Origin: an uncultured Aquificales bacterium | Lineage (GTDB): Bacteria; Thermosulfidibacterota; Thermosulfidibacteria; Thermosulfidibacterales; Thermosulfidibacteraceae | DNA length: 18,710 nt | Assembly: GCA_964411615.1 (NCBI GenBank) | Contig: CAYPLO010000031.1 | Location: 1 to 18,710 of the forward strand | Direction of reading: 5' to 3' | Part shown: piece after piece, positions 16,681-18,710 of the stretch | Position numbering within the stretch: the stretch's first letter is position 1 | Layout of the letters: each line of letters starts with the position of its first letter | Made by a program: the position numbers and the translations under genes | Notes under the pieces: generated by a model | The model's input: the letters and a program-made list of their open reading frames with translations, nothing else | The model's database searches: none | Told to the model about the DNA's origin: nothing

Positions 16681-18710
16681 ATGAAACTTCTGGCCAGCCG
16701 CAAAATAAAGGAGGCTCTGAAAAAGGACCTGTCAGAGGCCATAGACCTGATTATAGACGAGCTGCACAGGGTAACAGGTGCGGATGTGGTGGGACTAACT
16801 GTATGGGATATGGAAAGTAAAGGCATATACGTCCACCGGTGGAGGGCCCCAGAGGGAGTGTCTGTCCCACCGGCAAGGCCAGGCTACTCCCCCTTAGGGG
16901 TATGCATGGAGTCGTGCCAGTTCGTGAGCGGGTACTTCTACCAGTTCCCCGGAGGTGATAGCAGGCTAAGGGAGATTGTGGGCCACTGCGTATGCGTCCC
17001 CATACTCTCCCATATCCCGCATCTGAAGGGGGCACTGGGACTGGGAAGGCTGAAGGAGAAGGGGGATTTCCCCAGAAGAACCGTTGAGGAGCTGAAGATA
17101 GGGGGAAGGCTCATATCCATGCTCATAACGTCAAAAATGCTCCAGGAGAAGGTGGAAGAGGGGGAGAGTAACATAAGGACGCTTATGGAACTGACGGAGG
17201 AGATATACAGGGTTCCATCTCTAAAAGACAGATACAACAGGCTTGTGGAGGCCATAGCCGAAAGGTGTAAGGCGGACTTTGCCATGCTCGGAAGGCTCAG
17301 GGAAGAGGAGAGGGTGGTTGAGCCTGTGGCGGCCTACGGCCTCAAGGAGGTCTTTGACGTTCCGTATGGGGAGGGGATTCTGGGAACGGTGGCACAGACC
17401 AAGAGGATGAGGCTCTTCAACAGGTTCCCGGAGAAGGTGCCCAGGGGATACGAGAAGCAGGCTGAAGAGATAGGCTCTGCAGTGGCCATGCCCATAAAGG
17501 TGATGGGTGAGTTCAGGTTCGCCCTGGCTGTGGTCAGAAAGAGAAAGAGCAGGCCCTTTGACAGGAAGGAGCTTGAGCTCTTCAGGAACCTGCAGAAGGT
17601 GATGGGGACGGTGCTTGAGCTTCTCGCATACGATGAGGAGAGGGAGAGACTGAGGAGGTTGAGGGACAGGGTAGAAAGGCTCAGCTCCATAAGCGCCATA
17701 TCGGGGTGGATAGCCCACCAGTTCAACAACGCACTGAACGTCATAATGGGATACGCACAGATAGGCTCCTCAAGGGCCAGCAGCCTTGAGATAAAGAACA
17801 TATTCACCGCCATTGAGAAGGAGAGCAGACACGCTGCAAAACTGGTATCCCAGATAGGGCTCATGGCAAACAAAGAGGGAGAAAAGCAGGTGCTGGACCT
17901 GAAGCCCCTGGTAAAGAGCACCGTAAAGATGGCTTCAAGCTCCTCAGGTTCTGAAATCCAGATACTATACGAGGATGATGGAAGCAGAAGCTACCCTGTA
18001 AACGGTGACCCATCCCACATACACAACATCCTGCTGAATCTGATAAGCAACGCAGTGGATGCATTAACCAACGGGGGCAGAATCACCGTCAGGCTCAAAA
18101 GGAGGAACGGCTCTGTGGTTCTGGAGGTTGAGGATACAGGGTGCGGGATAAGGGAGGAGGACCTTGATAAGGTGTTTGAGCCCTTCTTCACCACCAAGGA
18201 GAAGGGAACGGGGCTGGGGCTCTTTCAGGTGAAGAACCTGGTGCAGGCCATGGGGGGAACGGTGGAGGTGAAAAGCGCACCAGGTATGGGCTCAAGATTC
18301 ACGGTGGTTCTGCCCATGGCAGAGGGAGAGACTGCAGGAAAAGAGGAGGAGAGGGAGAGACTACCACGGAGAAAGAGGGTGCTTGTGGTGGAGGACAACG
18401 TGAACCTGCTCAGGGTTCTCCGTGAGGCCCTTGAGGCAAAGGGGGTTGAGGTGAAAGCCCTGTCCCACCCCAGAGAAGCCCTGAGTATTGAGGACTGGGT
18501 GCCCGACTTTCTCATAACAGACATATACATGCCGGGGATAAGTGGTGCGGTGCTTGCGGAGAAGCTCCTTGAGAGGTTCCCCGATATGCGTGTGGTGATG
18601 ATTACGGGATACCCCAAGGAGGTGGAGAAGGTTAAGGAGCTCATGGAGAAGGGGGCTATACTGCTGCCCAAGCCCTTCACCATAGAAGAGCTGTTATCGG
18701 CCATGGCCTC
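16681..18710 (+). CDS. Cytoplasmic hybrid sensor histidine kinase (GAF-GAF-HisKA-HATPase-REC), truncated at the right edge
   Basis: Not in the ORF track. Frame is open from the ATG at 16681 to the window end. H-box IAHQFNN, N-box LLNLISNAVDA, G1 EDTGCG, F/G2 FEPFFTTKEKGTGLGL; receiver VLVVEDN...LITDIYMPG...ITG...LPKPF. Two GAF-like regions (e.g. PYGEGILG...AVAMPI...RPFDRKELE); no TM helix. Confidence 0.93.
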   Translation, partial: MKLLASRKIKEALKKDLSEAIDLIIDELHRVTGADVVGLTVWDMESKGIYVHRWRAPEGVSVPPARPGYSPLGVCMESCQFVSGYFYQFPGGDSRLREIVGHCVCVPILSHIPHLKGALGLGRLKEKGDFPRRTVEELKIGGRLISMLITSKMLQEKVEEGESNIRTLMELTEEIYRVPSLKDRYNRLVEAIAERCKADFAMLGRLREEERVVEPVAAYGLKEVFDVPYGEGILGTVAQTKRMRLFNRFPEKVPRGYEKQAEEIGSAVAMPIKVMGEFRFALAVVRKRKSRPFDRKELELFRNLQKVMGTVLELLAYDEERERLRRLRDRVERLSSISAISGWIAHQFNNALNVIMGYAQIGSSRASSLEIKNIFTAIEKESRHAAKLVSQIGLMANKEGEKQVLDLKPLVKSTVKMASSSSGSEIQILYEDDGSRSYPVNGDPSHIHNILLNLISNAVDALTNGGRITVRLKRRNGSVVLEVEDTGCGIREEDLDKVFEPFFTTKEKGTGLGLFQVKNLVQAMGGTVEVKSAPGMGSRFTVVLPMAEGETAGKEEERERLPRRKRVLVVEDNVNLLRVLREALEAKGVEVKALSHPREALSIEDWVPDFLITDIYMPGISGAVLAEKLLERFPDMRVVMITGYPKEVEKVKELMEKGAILLPKPFTIEELLSAMA

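Noticed and set aside
16632..18704. Minus-strand ORFs in the right-hand 2 kb
   Set aside because: They are antisense to the uninterrupted plus-strand hybrid kinase.

Overview
Core-genome window from a thermophilic bacterium (ATA/AGG-rich codons, strong GGAGG Shine-Dalgarno sites). From memory, the citrate synthase closely resembles that of Thermosulfidibacter takaii, so this is probably a Thermosulfidibacter relative; this is unverified. The left half (1-8508, minus strand) is hemB followed by a TCA cluster: aconitase, eukaryote-like citrate synthase, mdh, two-subunit Fe-S fumarase, sdhC, sdhD and a partial sdhA, punctuated by intergenic hairpins. Next come tRNA-Asn, an unannotated 24-aa Leu-rich leader peptide with a six-segment attenuator, and leuA. 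These are followed by a convergent ApgM-like protein lacking its catalytic residues, a glyQ/CNNM-CorC/GGDEF/C45-TPR gene run, tRNA-Arg and tRNA-Gln, and a probably leaderless GAF-GAF hybrid histidine kinase that runs off the right end. sdhA, the kinase and the leader peptide are absent from the ORF track. No mobile elements or CRISPR arrays were seen. Highlights: a candidate reversible (roTCA) cluster with insulated citrate synthase expression, the his-type leucine attenuator, and the ApgM pseudoenzyme.
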